Shown: positions 1 through 9,312 of the stretch, one piece after another
Numbering within the stretch: position 1 is the first letter of the stretch
How the letters are laid out: every line of letters begins with the position of its first letter
Notes under the pieces: generated by a model
The model's input: only the letters and a program-made list of their open reading frames with translations
What the model was told of the DNA's origin: nothing
Databases searched by the model: none
Program-made: the position numbers and the translations under genes
Assembly (NCBI GenBank): GCA_964431555.1
Contig: CAYSJW010000023.1
Span: 33,368 to 97,367, forward strand
From: an uncultured Gammaproteobacteria bacterium
Lineage (GTDB): Bacteria; Patescibacteriota; Microgenomatia; UBA8517
Reading direction: 5' to 3'
Length of the DNA: 64,000 nucleotides

Positions 1-993
1 CACCATTTTAGCCGCCTCTCTACCTTGAGCCAACGGCTTTCCTTCATAAGTGAAAAAAGATCCCTTTTTTTCAATCAAAGCCAAATCAACCGCAACGTCA
101 AGCAGTCCACCGGCTTTGCTTATTCCCTCATCATTCATAATGTCAAACTCGGCAACTCTTAATGGGGGAGCAACTTTATTTTTAACAACTCTTACTCTAT
201 GACGAGAACCGACCACAGTTTCCCCATCTTTCAGAACCTCAATTTTTCTAATATCAAGTCTTACTGATGAATAAAATTTTAAAGCTAATCCCCCCGGAGT
301 TGTTTCGGGATTACCAAACATTACTCCTATTTTCTGTCGAATCTGATTAGTAAAAATAAGAATTGTTTTACTCTTGGAAATAGCTCCGGTTAATTTTCTT
401 AATGCTTGACTCATAAGCCTAGCCTGCATGCCAACAACTGCATCACCCATTTCACCCTCCAATTCAGCTCGGGGGACAAGAGCTGCCACGGAATCAACAA
501 CTATAACATCCAAAGCCCCTGATCTTATTAAGGTCTCCGTTATTTCCAAAGCCTGCTCCCCCGTATCTGGTTGAGACAAAAGCAAATCATCTAAATTAAC
601 ACCAATAGTCTCGGCCCGTTCCGGATCCAGCGCATGTTCAGCATCCACAAAAGCACACTGACCTCCTTTTTTTTGTGCCTCGGCAATAACATGCAAAGCA
701 AGAGTAGTTTTTCCCGAAGCTTCAGGCCCATAAATTTCGACAATCCTTCCCCTTGGCAGTCCTCCCACCCCCAAAGCTAAGTCAAGCGCGATCGAGCCGG
801 TTGGAATTACCTCAACCTTAAACCTGTCTCCCACTCCTTCTCCCAGTCTCATAATTGAACCCCTTCCGTATTGTTTCTCAATTTGTTCCATGGCCATTCT
901 TATAGCCTGAAGTTTTTGCGAAGACATACCCTCAGAAGGTACTTCTCCCTCATTTGTTTCAATTTCCTTAAGTTTGCCTTTCCTTCGTACCAT
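1..993 (-). CDS. recA: Recombinase RecA. The 5' end (ATG at 993-991) is present and the 3' end runs off the window edge. It is absent from the ORF track because it is truncated.
   Basis: Minus-strand translation gives [13 protein letters not shown]...[27 protein letters not shown]...[40 protein letters not shown]...[20 protein letters not shown]. Walker A and RecA signature blocks were read directly. Confidence 0.9.
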   Translation of the reverse strand, partial: MVRRKGKLKEIETNEGEVPSEGMSSQKLQAIRMAMEQIEKQYGRGSIMRLGEGVGDRFKVEVIPTGSIALDLALGVGGLPRGRIVEIYGPEASGKTTLALHVIAEAQKKGGQCAFVDAEHALDPERAETIGVNLDDLLLSQPDTGEQALEITETLIRSGALDVIVVDSVAALVPRAELEGEMGDAVVGMQARLMSQALRKLTGAISKSKTILIFTNQIRQKIGVMFGNPETTPGGLALKFYSSVRLDIRKIEVLKDGETVVGSRHRVRVVKNKVAPPLRVAEFDIMNDEGISKAGGLLDVAVDLALIEKKGSFFTYEGKPLAQGREAAKMV

Positions 994-1051
994 AATAAAC
1001 ACTTGATATCATAATATCTGCTAAAATACAAGATATAATTTAGCTAATTTT

Positions 1052-1498
1052 ATGGAAATTTGGCAGAAAATATTAATCTTAACATGGGGAATTCTATCAC
1101 TATTATTTTTCATTAAAGGATTTATTGAATCTAAAGAAAAGAAAAACTCTTTTAGCAAAACACCACTGCTTTCAGTTTTCGGAATCTTTGTTTGGGGTGA
1201 TGCGGTTATTTTCGGACTTTTTTGGATTTTTTCATCAATAACAATAATCTTATTAAATGACTGGCTTTTATTTCCTTTAATACTCTCTGTCTTTTGGTTT
1301 GTGCGAAGTTTAGGTGAAACAATTTATTGGTTAAATCAGCAATTTTCTCCAATTAAAAGAAACCCTCCTGAAAATTTACTTGGATATAGATACTTTAAAA
1401 ATGATTCTATTTGGTTTATCTACCAAACTATCTGGCAATGCATAACCATAATTTCAATCATTTCTACCATCTACTTTGTCAAAATCTGGCTAAAGTGA
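1052..1498 (+). CDS. Hypothetical small integral membrane protein (about 4 predicted TM helices).
   Basis: Complete 148-aa ORF that is highly hydrophobic. No recognisable motif. Confidence 0.5.
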   Translation: MEIWQKILILTWGILSLLFFIKGFIESKEKKNSFSKTPLLSVFGIFVWGDAVIFGLFWIFSSITIILLNDWLLFPLILSVFWFVRSLGETIYWLNQQFSPIKRNPPENLLGYRYFKNDSIWFIYQTIWQCITIISIISTIYFVKIWLK

Positions 1499-1800
1499 AA
1501 AAGATAATTATCACTTAAAACCAACGATACACAGACATTTATTTTTAGCTTGCACAATCATTTATGCATAACTTCTGAGATAAAAAGGCAAGGATGAGGA
1601 AGAGATTTTGTTCTGACATTTGAATAAAACCTCTTTTGATAAAATTAAAAGATGGAAATTAAAAGTTAAAACCAAACCAGATGTTAAAAGCGCTACCTTC
1701 ATTTTGCTTAACATCTCCGAATCTGAATATTTTGCAAAATTTGTTAATCTATTCAATAACCGCTATTGCTACATTCAATTTACATCAACCAAATACCTAA

Positions 1801-1946
1801 CTCCTATATCTTATTCCTATTTCCTATTTCCTATTTCCTATTTCATACTTCCTATTTCTCATTTCTCACAACTCACCACCCACTACTCACAACCCGCAAC
1901 CCACTACCCACCACTCACTTCTCACAACTCATAACTCACTCTTTCT
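1801..1946. repeat. G-free pyrimidine/CA-rich tandem tract: about 5 copies of TCCTATTT followed by degenerate CACAAC/CCACTAC units. It contains one G in 146 nt. It is module S of the composite intergenic repeat family.
   Basis: Direct reading. Related tracts occur at 9723-9775 and 11328-11390. Confidence 0.8.
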
Positions 1947-1955
1947 GAAAAAACC

Positions 1956-1993
1956 CATTGTTGGAGACTACTCAACACCCAGTGTTGAGAATT
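1956..1993. repeat. Module P of the repeat family: cccattgttgga...ctcaacac-cca-gtgttgag-aatt (8-bp stems, 3-nt loop).
   Basis: The same hairpin occurs at 3338-3356, 5472-5490, 9791-9809, 11190-11208 and 11404-11422. Stems are conserved and the loop varies (cca/ctg/atg/ccg). Confidence 0.8.
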
Positions 1994-2018
1994 GTTGAAA
2001 ATTTTATTTAATTACCAT

Positions 2019-2714
2019 CTAAAAAATTTTACTAATTACAAGAGTATTTTTTTCTGCTGAAAATGAAGGCATAACCATAAAACCCGTAAGCATTTGTTCA
2101 GGAATTCCCATATTTAATAAATCCGCTTTGTATTTTTCAATCTGTGACTCTTTTCTACCTTTTCCTATCTCTAGTATCAAATACCTCCCATCCGGCCCAA
2201 TTCCGACAACATCTAATATGTCATTATTTGATAAACTTACTTCAAAAAATACTGCTGGTTTTGGTTGTGTATTTTCAACTTCAAGAGGATAAAATATCCC
2301 CCTCAACACTTCCCAATTAGCCACTAAAAACTTTATAACCTTCTGGTAGGGTTTTTCCTGTTGTGAATGAGCTTGTTCTTTCAATCTTTGATTAACAGTC
2401 AAGTTTTTTTCAATTCTCACTCTTTGCCAATCTTCTAAATCTGACGGGGGAGAATAATTCAAATTTTTCTCAATAAGAATCCGCCATTCTCCTTCTGCAG
2501 CTGTACCAAATTGATAGTCTATTCCAATTCTTTCATCTCTTCCTTTTGGCCTTCCATTTTCATCAAGACCACTTGTTATTTTATAACCTCGCAATTTTTC
2601 CACTATCTCCTTAATTTCGCGTTCATGCTGAACTTTCCATTCTTCAACTTCACTAGAAGCTTTTCCTATCATCCACAACTTTAAAAACTTTGGTACCTCG
2701 TTTGTTTCATCCAT
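2019..2714 (-). CDS. Hypothetical protein. The C-terminus has a weak PD-(D/E)xK-like D...ExxK arrangement (ILDVVGIGPDGRYLILEIGKG).
   Basis: Complete 231-aa ORF flanked by repeat copies. No firm family assignment. Confidence 0.45.
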   Translation of the reverse strand: MDETNEVPKFLKLWMIGKASSEVEEWKVQHEREIKEIVEKLRGYKITSGLDENGRPKGRDERIGIDYQFGTAAEGEWRILIEKNLNYSPPSDLEDWQRVRIEKNLTVNQRLKEQAHSQQEKPYQKVIKFLVANWEVLRGIFYPLEVENTQPKPAVFFEVSLSNNDILDVVGIGPDGRYLILEIGKGRKESQIEKYKADLLNMGIPEQMLTGFMVMPSFSAEKNTLVISKIF

Positions 2715-2859
2715 AACTGTTTAGAAAATCAACTATGGTTAATTTTCCAAAACCCTACTATAATTTGCTCTCATTTAAATATCAAATCGTTCCTTAATTT
2801 TTTAGATATCTTAGTATAAAATTAAAAAACCTAATATTGTAAGAAGATGCGCCATTATC

Positions 2860-3192
2860 ATGCCAACTTTAAAAGAAGGATTTTCAAATTCAATAGAATT
2901 TTTTAGAACTGTATCAAGTCTCAGCACTCACCTTCCTCTTCCTTTCGGAGGAGAAAGTCTCGCCGAAACAGACAAAAGTGGAAAACCTATTCCGCCTGAA
3001 AATAGAAAATATATGACCATCGTAGAAGAGACCCTTTTTTACCTTATTTCCATCGGAGTCTCCCCAGCTCTTTTTCCCATAATTTTCAATAACCCGGAAA
3101 AAGCTTCAGGCTTTGTTAGGCAATTTACAGGAATTGACGGGGAAAAAGTTTATTTTGAAAAATTAAGGTCCAGAATTAAAAAATCTAAGTAA
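2860..3192 (+). CDS. Hypothetical protein.
   Basis: 110-aa ORF with no recognisable motif. Confidence 0.35.
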   Translation: MPTLKEGFSNSIEFFRTVSSLSTHLPLPFGGESLAETDKSGKPIPPENRKYMTIVEETLFYLISIGVSPALFPIIFNNPEKASGFVRQFTGIDGEKVYFEKLRSRIKKSK

Positions 3193-3330
3193 TCTTATTT
3201 TAGCCCATTAAAATTCTGAAAGTTTAAGCAAGGCCTTTTTCACCAGTTAAAAAGAAGAATTCATAGGGGGTGAAAATCACCCCCCTTATTGGTTAAATAA
3301 TTTTAAAATTTGAAAAATATCCCAATGTTT

Positions 3331-3477
3331 GAACCTACTCAACACCTGGTGTTGAGAATTCACTAAATTTAATTCTTAATTCTCAAATAAACAAACCAGT
3401 AGCGAAACAACTTTGCAACAATAATTTACGAAAAAAAAGGGAGGGGTGTAATATCAGTTCACCCGACAGGTGTGATA
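3331..3477. repeat. Composite intergenic repeat copy. It comprises hairpin module P, the 78-bp AT-rich core module Q (cactaaatttaattcttaattctcaaataaacaaaccagtagcgaaacaactttgcaacaataatttacgaaaaaa) and module R (gaggggtgtaatatcagttcacccgacaggtgtgata).
   Basis: About 97% identical to 11186-11327 over about 145 bp. Confidence 0.85.
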
Positions 3478-3601
3478 GTGTGATATTAGATATTATTAAA
3501 TGTTTTGTAATCTTTTGGTTAGCTTATACATTTGGAGTGTTAATAAAAACTCAAGAAAAACTCAAGATATTTCGATATTTTTATTTTAAAATTGAAGTTA
3601 C

Positions 3602-3811
3602 ATGAGATCCAAAAAATTTAAAATTAAAATTTTAGATATACCAGAGGTTTATACTTTAAATGATAAAGTTAGTAAACTTTCAAGTGTTTCCATATTTGAG
3701 GGGTATAACCATGAATGTGACTGTGCTTGTCCGAATGAACATAGTGGAAATATTATAACTGAACCTTATACTAAAATAAAAATATCAACAGTAAATCTTC
3801 ATAAAAAATAA
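3602..3811 (+). CDS. Candidate RiPP precursor peptide (69 aa). It has a K-rich leader and a core carrying HECDCACPNEH followed by a Cys-free Thr/Ile/Lys-rich tail.
   Basis: Small ORF 72 nt upstream of, and co-directional with, a radical-SAM enzyme. Three Cys within 5 residues. Confidence 0.5.
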   Translation: MRSKKFKIKILDIPEVYTLNDKVSKLSSVSIFEGYNHECDCACPNEHSGNIITEPYTKIKISTVNLHKK

Positions 3812-3883
3812 ATTTAAATAATTCAAGTGAAAAAAATAGTCCTAACCGAAATCTACGATTACTATTTTGGATTTTTCTAAAAC

Positions 3884-5449
3884 ATGATTAAGAAAAAAGG
3901 GTTTAATAAAAAAAATCATAATAAATCCTCACAATATTTTTTGTATCCTAATATTTTTACTATCAGACAACTAGATGGTTATTCAAATATAAATGGGGAT
4001 CTACATCCCATTTGGGGAAAACGTTTTGCAATTTATCACCCAATAAAATCCAACATCACATGTTTAAAAAATTCAGCCTGGGAAGTTTTTGATCTACTTA
4101 AAAAAAATTATCATAAAATTCAAGACATGCTGAACGCTAATAATGAACTGACTACCCATAAAATTAAAGAAATTATAAATAATTTTAAATCCAGAATGAT
4201 TGTTTTAGAAAATCAAAAAGGATTAAAAGTAAAAATTATACCCGATTTTAGTACCAATGCCGGGGTTTATTTACAAATTACAGAATATTGTAATTTTCAT
4301 TGTCCAGGTTGTTCTGCAGGATTGGATAGATATCAACCTGATAGATTACCGGAAACCATGAATGAAAATAACCTAGAAGAGCTTTTTCAAAATATTATAG
4401 AATCTGCATCAAATTTAGGATTTAAAAAACTCATTATAAAATGGGCTGGTGGCGAGCCGTTACTACCAACTCCATTTAAGTTAATTCGAAAAGGTCAGCC
4501 AATAATTAAAAGGTTACAAAAGCAATACTCTAAAATTAAAATCTACCAATCAATTTTGACAAATGGATCATTCCTGAAACCCGAATTAATTTCTGAGATA
4601 AAAAACTGGAATGTTCATCTTGCAGTAAGCTTATGGGGGATAGGAGAAGATAATTATAAAGCTAGAGGAGTTAAAAAGGTAAGTGGGTATGACATAATTG
4701 AGGGTATAAGATTACTACACAACGCTGGAATAAAATATAACATTAATCACGTAGTTACTCCAGTAAATTCTGAAAAATTTGGTAATTTTATTCGTGCTAT
4801 TTGGGATATACAAAGCAATGATTTTATAGGAAAAGACTGGATTTGGAAAAATGGAAAAAAACCTATTCCTCTAAATTTAACTTTTTTCAGACCACAAACT
4901 GAAAGTCAAATAAAAAGTCTTAGAAACAATGGTTATCAAAAAATGTTAAACGGTATAAGGAAAGGGTTTGAAGTAATACTAGAACTTATTAAAAAAGGGG
5001 TTCAAATACCTTCTTTAAGAAGAATAGATTACTTACAACTCTTCTCAGTTATTCCTGCGCCATGCGGAAGCGGTTTTAATTATTTGGTTGTAGGACCAAA
5101 AGGAATAACCTCTTGCATCCAAGGTCTTTTAAACACAAATAATTTTGACAGTATTAAAGCAAAAAAAGTAAATTTATTTAAAACTGTCAATAAAGAATAT
5201 AAAAAAACTAGTAAATTATTTGGACCCAATATCTCTTACTTAAGTAAAAACGACACAATCAATCAAATCTTGATGTTACACGGAGGATCCGGTTGTCCTC
5301 GAGTAGCAAGTTTAGAAAATAATGGTAATTTTGGATACGCGGCTGAAATATCAAAAATTTACGAAAAAATCATTGAAGAAATACTATCACTGGAAACAAT
5401 GAGACTTTTACATCTGAAAAAACATCATCCTTCTCACCTAAAGATGTAG
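3884..5449 (+). CDS. Radical SAM enzyme with a C-terminal auxiliary Cys cluster (SPASM/twitch-like). Probable peptide-modifying maturase. The about 130-aa N-terminal extension is a possible precursor-recognition domain.
   Basis: CNFHCPGC (CxxxCxxC) follows ...LQITEY. GGEP motif (WAGGEPLL). C-terminal Cys residues lie in PAPCGSG...ITSC...GGSGCP. Confidence 0.75.
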   Translation: MIKKKGFNKKNHNKSSQYFLYPNIFTIRQLDGYSNINGDLHPIWGKRFAIYHPIKSNITCLKNSAWEVFDLLKKNYHKIQDMLNANNELTTHKIKEIINNFKSRMIVLENQKGLKVKIIPDFSTNAGVYLQITEYCNFHCPGCSAGLDRYQPDRLPETMNENNLEELFQNIIESASNLGFKKLIIKWAGGEPLLPTPFKLIRKGQPIIKRLQKQYSKIKIYQSILTNGSFLKPELISEIKNWNVHLAVSLWGIGEDNYKARGVKKVSGYDIIEGIRLLHNAGIKYNINHVVTPVNSEKFGNFIRAIWDIQSNDFIGKDWIWKNGKKPIPLNLTFFRPQTESQIKSLRNNGYQKMLNGIRKGFEVILELIKKGVQIPSLRRIDYLQLFSVIPAPCGSGFNYLVVGPKGITSCIQGLLNTNNFDSIKAKKVNLFKTVNKEYKKTSKLFGPNISYLSKNDTINQILMLHGGSGCPRVASLENNGNFGYAAEISKIYEKIIEEILSLETMRLLHLKKHHPSHLKM

Positions 5450-5462
5450 TCACACAGAAAAA

Positions 5463-5500
5463 TCAAACCTACTCAACACATGGTGTTGAAATTTTTGAGA
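5463..5500. repeat. Solo module P hairpin (ctcaacac-atg-gtgttgaa) followed by a T-rich run. It sits between the convergent rSAM gene and the 5517-6146 gene and could act as a bidirectional terminator.
   Basis: Hairpin plus atttttgagaattttttg directly after the rSAM stop codon. Confidence 0.55.
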
Positions 5501-5516
5501 ATTTTTTGAGAGGAAA

Positions 5517-6146
5517 TTAGTATTTAAATTTAAAACTTCTCGCAACATTTTCAAAAATTTCTTTATTCTCCTCCCATTTACTAGTTGGCGTATTCCCGGA
5601 AATAACGAAGTATTTATCTGCCTTAGCAACAACAACTATAAAAATAGTGAAATTAACTTCTTGCTGAGTCAAAGTTAACTCAACAATCTTTGCTTTTTGA
5701 TCATCAATTACATCGTCTTGGCTGTTAATAACCTTGGTGCTTGCAATAGTTTGTTTTAACTGCAGATTTAAATCATCAACAATTTTGTCTAAGCTTTTCC
5801 CTTGAGTTTTATCAAATGAAACCGAAATATAACTTTTAAAGTTTATTTTCTGAGCAGCAGGATCATTAGCATGAGTCTCACCAACGTTTGTTATTGTTAA
5901 AAGGCTTCCAGGAAGTTGATTAGCTGTTGACCAACCTTCAGGCACCATTATCGAAAAATCTTCTGATTCGTGAATTTGCTCAGGTAATTTTTGAACTCTC
6001 TGCTGCTCTGGAGTTGGTAAAGTATTTAAGCTTTGAACACTCCTTTTAGTCAAAGAAAAATAGCCAAGAACTAAAACCCCAATCACTATTACAACGCCAA
6101 GAAGTATAAAAGAAAGTGCAAAACCTGAATTATTTTTTCGTATCAT
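5517..6146 (-). CDS. Hypothetical N-terminally membrane-anchored protein.
   Basis: 209 aa. N-terminal TM (GFALSFILLGVVIVIGVLVLGYF), remainder hydrophilic. Confidence 0.5.
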   Translation of the reverse strand: MIRKNNSGFALSFILLGVVIVIGVLVLGYFSLTKRSVQSLNTLPTPEQQRVQKLPEQIHESEDFSIMVPEGWSTANQLPGSLLTITNVGETHANDPAAQKINFKSYISVSFDKTQGKSLDKIVDDLNLQLKQTIASTKVINSQDDVIDDQKAKIVELTLTQQEVNFTIFIVVVAKADKYFVISGNTPTSKWEENKEIFENVARSFKFKY

Positions 6147-6151
6147 AATTT

Positions 6152-7816
6152 TCAGGGATATATTATTTCACCTTTTAGACAATTCGGTTTGAACGCACAA
6201 ATTTCATAAGTTGCCACATAATTGGAAAGAGATTGGGGGAGATCCCACTGAAAACCCCTATCTTGATCAACGAAATGCAAACTTTTCTCTGTCAGCTCAA
6301 CCTCTGAACCATTGCTCACAACCTTCATTTCAGCCGGTAAAGAAAGCTTTCTATTTGTATTGATCGTTATTTTGGAAGAAGTCGCTGATATTTTCAAAAT
6401 TTTAAAATCGGGTAATTTTGATTCATGGCCTGTCACAAATTCTGTCTTGGTTTGAACAGGAAGAGATGATTTTCCGCCATCCAAGACTTTCCCCGTATAA
6501 GTCCAAATTTGACATTCCATATCCTTCTCTTCTGCTGGGTGGCAAACCTGCTGAGCCCCGAATAATCTCCTTGTCTTATTGTCAAAACGCAAGTTTATGG
6601 CATCGAAATCTGTTAATTTATCCGGGCTGGGAATTAGCTGTTTCTTAAGTTTAGCCTTCACAGGATCATAAATTACAAAAAACCTATCTCTTTCCTCTCC
6701 CTGAGCAAATTCTTTATAAGGCTCTGTATAAATTCCATAAATATACCCATTTCGTGAATCAACGCCAAAAATGGACATGCCATCCCTATCTTGTAAAATT
6801 TTCCAACTCCCTCCATCAAGATCAGCCATCCCTAGCGTTTTTCTCTCTCTGATATTAGCAACTCCACCTCTATAAATAGGTGGCTCTCTAAAAGTTGAAT
6901 AGCGCACATAGAGCCTGTTCCTCGGAATATCCAAGGTTATGAAAGGCCAAGTATTTTCATAGTCAGTTAAAGTAAGTCTAACCTCTTTGTAATCACTACC
7001 GTCTCCTTTGACTTTAGCCAACCATATATCTTTATCATTATTAAATCCCGGAGTTCTTGCTCTTGGAAAAACAATATAGACTGTATCATTCTGGGAATCA
7101 TATTCCATATGTGGTATATAACTATTTACTTTTTCCCTTGTGTGAACAGTTTCTTTAATATTTCCACTTGCTAAATCAAGAAAGGCTGTGGCAATTTGAA
7201 AATCTTTGGTATAAGCAAAGATTAATTTTTGTCTTTGGATATCCAAAGCAACCGGCATAGTATCATCCACCGTCTCACTAGCAAAAATCTGTTTGTGAGT
7301 ACTCCAGTACTTCTCATCAGGTTCTTTACTTGCCATCATAACCCCGGAGATCACCTTGGTAGAGGCGTTAATGTCACTACCAATCCTATAAAAGTAATAG
7401 ATTGTGTCGTTTTCAGGATTGTATAAGATTCCGGGCCTTTGTTTATCTTCAGAAGAGGTGGTTTGTTTAACTTCTTCCCAACCATCGCCGTTAAAATCTG
7501 TCGTGGCTGTCCAAATTTGCCAGACGCCATTTTCGTCCATCTCTTTGTAAATGTAATAAATTTTCTCTCTAACTGTATCTAAAGCTATAGCAGGCTCATA
7601 CTTGGTATAAGGAGACGTTGTTTGTTGTTTCTGCAAAAACTCAGCCAAAGTATATTTGTAAGATTTGTCCGAAGAAGAAAGCTTTGTGATAAAAAGGTAA
7701 ACAATAAACCCAACTACTATAAATGAAGTAATCAAACTCAAAATGATTATCCGATTAAACCCACTCCCTGCAAATCTCCTGGGAAATTTCATAATCATTT
7801 TTATGATAACATCCAA
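6152..7816 (-). CDS. Hypothetical membrane-anchored or secreted protein with repetitive Y/W/G-rich beta-propeller-like segments.
   Basis: 554 aa. N-terminal TM, recurring DG(W/R)...YY(F/I)Y-type blocks. No catalytic motif. Confidence 0.5.
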   Translation of the reverse strand: MDVIIKMIMKFPRRFAGSGFNRIIILSLITSFIVVGFIVYLFITKLSSSDKSYKYTLAEFLQKQQTTSPYTKYEPAIALDTVREKIYYIYKEMDENGVWQIWTATTDFNGDGWEEVKQTTSSEDKQRPGILYNPENDTIYYFYRIGSDINASTKVISGVMMASKEPDEKYWSTHKQIFASETVDDTMPVALDIQRQKLIFAYTKDFQIATAFLDLASGNIKETVHTREKVNSYIPHMEYDSQNDTVYIVFPRARTPGFNNDKDIWLAKVKGDGSDYKEVRLTLTDYENTWPFITLDIPRNRLYVRYSTFREPPIYRGGVANIRERKTLGMADLDGGSWKILQDRDGMSIFGVDSRNGYIYGIYTEPYKEFAQGEERDRFFVIYDPVKAKLKKQLIPSPDKLTDFDAINLRFDNKTRRLFGAQQVCHPAEEKDMECQIWTYTGKVLDGGKSSLPVQTKTEFVTGHESKLPDFKILKISATSSKITINTNRKLSLPAEMKVVSNGSEVELTEKSLHFVDQDRGFQWDLPQSLSNYVATYEICAFKPNCLKGEIIYP

Positions 7817-7834
7817 AAAGAAAAATGGCTCAAG

Positions 7835-9025
7835 TTATTTTGGATAAATTCTATAAACCCAAAATGAACCCAGTAATCCCATCAAAGCCCACAGCGCAAT
7901 TGGAATCTGAACAAGATAGGAAAAAGCTAAAAGATTGGTATAGTGAATTTGATTAAAGAGAGAAGCTGCACCGTCAATAATTGATTTATAAACCAAGGCA
8001 ATTAAAAAATATTTAAAACTACCAGTTCTCACACTCATGAAGACCAAAAGTCCTGTAAACACTCCAATCAATAGGGCAGATATTCTTTCGATGATCGGCG
8101 GAAAAATTAATAATGATGATCCGCCAAAACCTTGTATAAAATCTGTCTGAAGATCTAACGGAAGGGCAGAAATTAAGTCCGGTTTTAAGGTTAAAGCTAA
8201 GGCAATCACAAATATCCAAAGACCAATAACTAAAGCTTCAACACCATTAAAGGTAATTGCGAAAGCGACGGCATTCTTTAGACTTGCATCTTTAAATTTT
8301 TCTCTAATATAAAGCCAAGAAAGACCGTTTTCCAAAATGCCCGTCCTTAAGCCAAAATATAAAAATGAAACAACTACTCCATAGGGGAGAACCATCTGGG
8401 TTACTCTAAGATCCATCACAAACTTAACGGTAAACATAAGAATCCAAACCAATATTGCAGCCCAAACATATTTCATTTCAAAACCAGCCTTTTTCCTCCA
8501 ATAAAAAAGGGCTATAAAAAAGACAGAAACTGTTAAAATCCCTCCAATAATCATAGCCGGGTTTGGTTTGAAATCTTCTAAATCCTCAAATTCCGGGTTT
8601 TTCTCACTTTGATATATTCCCAAAACCTCATCCGCTTTTAAGTTTAATGTCTCGCTTTTTCTTTGCTCTGGAGAAACTTTGTAATGAACCCCCTCGGGAG
8701 TTTCCAATTTCTCACGAATAACCGCCATCCTTCTTGCTCCCTGACTTTGGAAAAGAACAATTGTTCCTTCGCTTAGGTTATTTCTATCTTTGTCTATACA
8801 CTGATTAAAAAGTGCTCTTTCCCCATCTTCAATAAGCGGCTCCATTGATTTTCCTTTCACTGCAACTGGAACTATACACCTTAATTCTTTAAAAGCTGAA
8901 AAATCGGCACTTGCTTGTATAAAGGAAGAATGAGGTAAACTTACTAAAAATAAAAAAATTGAAAGGAAAATGGAATAAAAAAAGCCTCTCATTAATCTTA
9001 TAATAAGTCTGTATAATCTTATCAT
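7835..9025 (-). CDS. Signal peptidase I (S26/S24 fold)-like domain fused to a C-terminal about 8-TM membrane domain.
   Basis: N-terminal TM, then VKGKSMEPLIEDGE (box B, Ser nucleophile), EGTIVLF (box C-like) and RRMAVIREK. The C-terminal about 230 aa are polytopic. Confidence 0.55.
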   Translation of the reverse strand: MIRLYRLIIRLMRGFFYSIFLSIFLFLVSLPHSSFIQASADFSAFKELRCIVPVAVKGKSMEPLIEDGERALFNQCIDKDRNNLSEGTIVLFQSQGARRMAVIREKLETPEGVHYKVSPEQRKSETLNLKADEVLGIYQSEKNPEFEDLEDFKPNPAMIIGGILTVSVFFIALFYWRKKAGFEMKYVWAAILVWILMFTVKFVMDLRVTQMVLPYGVVVSFLYFGLRTGILENGLSWLYIREKFKDASLKNAVAFAITFNGVEALVIGLWIFVIALALTLKPDLISALPLDLQTDFIQGFGGSSLLIFPPIIERISALLIGVFTGLLVFMSVRTGSFKYFLIALVYKSIIDGAASLFNQIHYTNLLAFSYLVQIPIALWALMGLLGSFWVYRIYPK

Positions 9026-9096
9026 TCAATACCCTCACGTTTAAGAGAAGCAAGTAAATCAATATTTTTTACCAGACTAGAGTTTAAAATCAAAAG

Positions 9097-9312
9097 TTAT
9101 TTTAGAAGATGGTATTGATCAAGAATTTTTTCTGCCCAGAATAAACAATCTTTTTTAGTTTTTATCTTGGGGTACATTTTTTTAGATAAGTACTTATTAG
9201 CTTTTTCCAAAAATTTCAAACCAGTCTCTTTTGATCCACGGGCTAAATAGAAAGCCGCTCGATAAAGATTAGCTATAGTATCTGATCGGTAACTTTTTTT
9301 ATCTAATGCCAT
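9097..9312 (-). CDS. Hypothetical small protein (71 aa).
   Basis: Overlaps the upstream ORF by 10 nt, suggesting an operon. Basic and helical. Confidence 0.4.
   Translation of the reverse strand: MALDKKSYRSDTIANLYRAAFYLARGSKETGLKFLEKANKYLSKKMYPKIKTKKDCLFWAEKILDQYHLLK

Noticed and set aside
1562-1948. Three small ORFs (64, 104, 60 aa) in the recA-proximal intergenic region.
   Set aside because: They lie entirely within the G-free tandem-repeat tract and the low-complexity sequence. The translated products are repeat-driven (FLFPISYF, THYSQP...). They are more likely non-coding repeat DNA.
5450-5635. 61-aa minus-strand ORF.
   Set aside because: It overlaps the repeat hairpin and the end of the 5517-6146 gene. 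The product is basic and low-complexity, so it is likely spurious.
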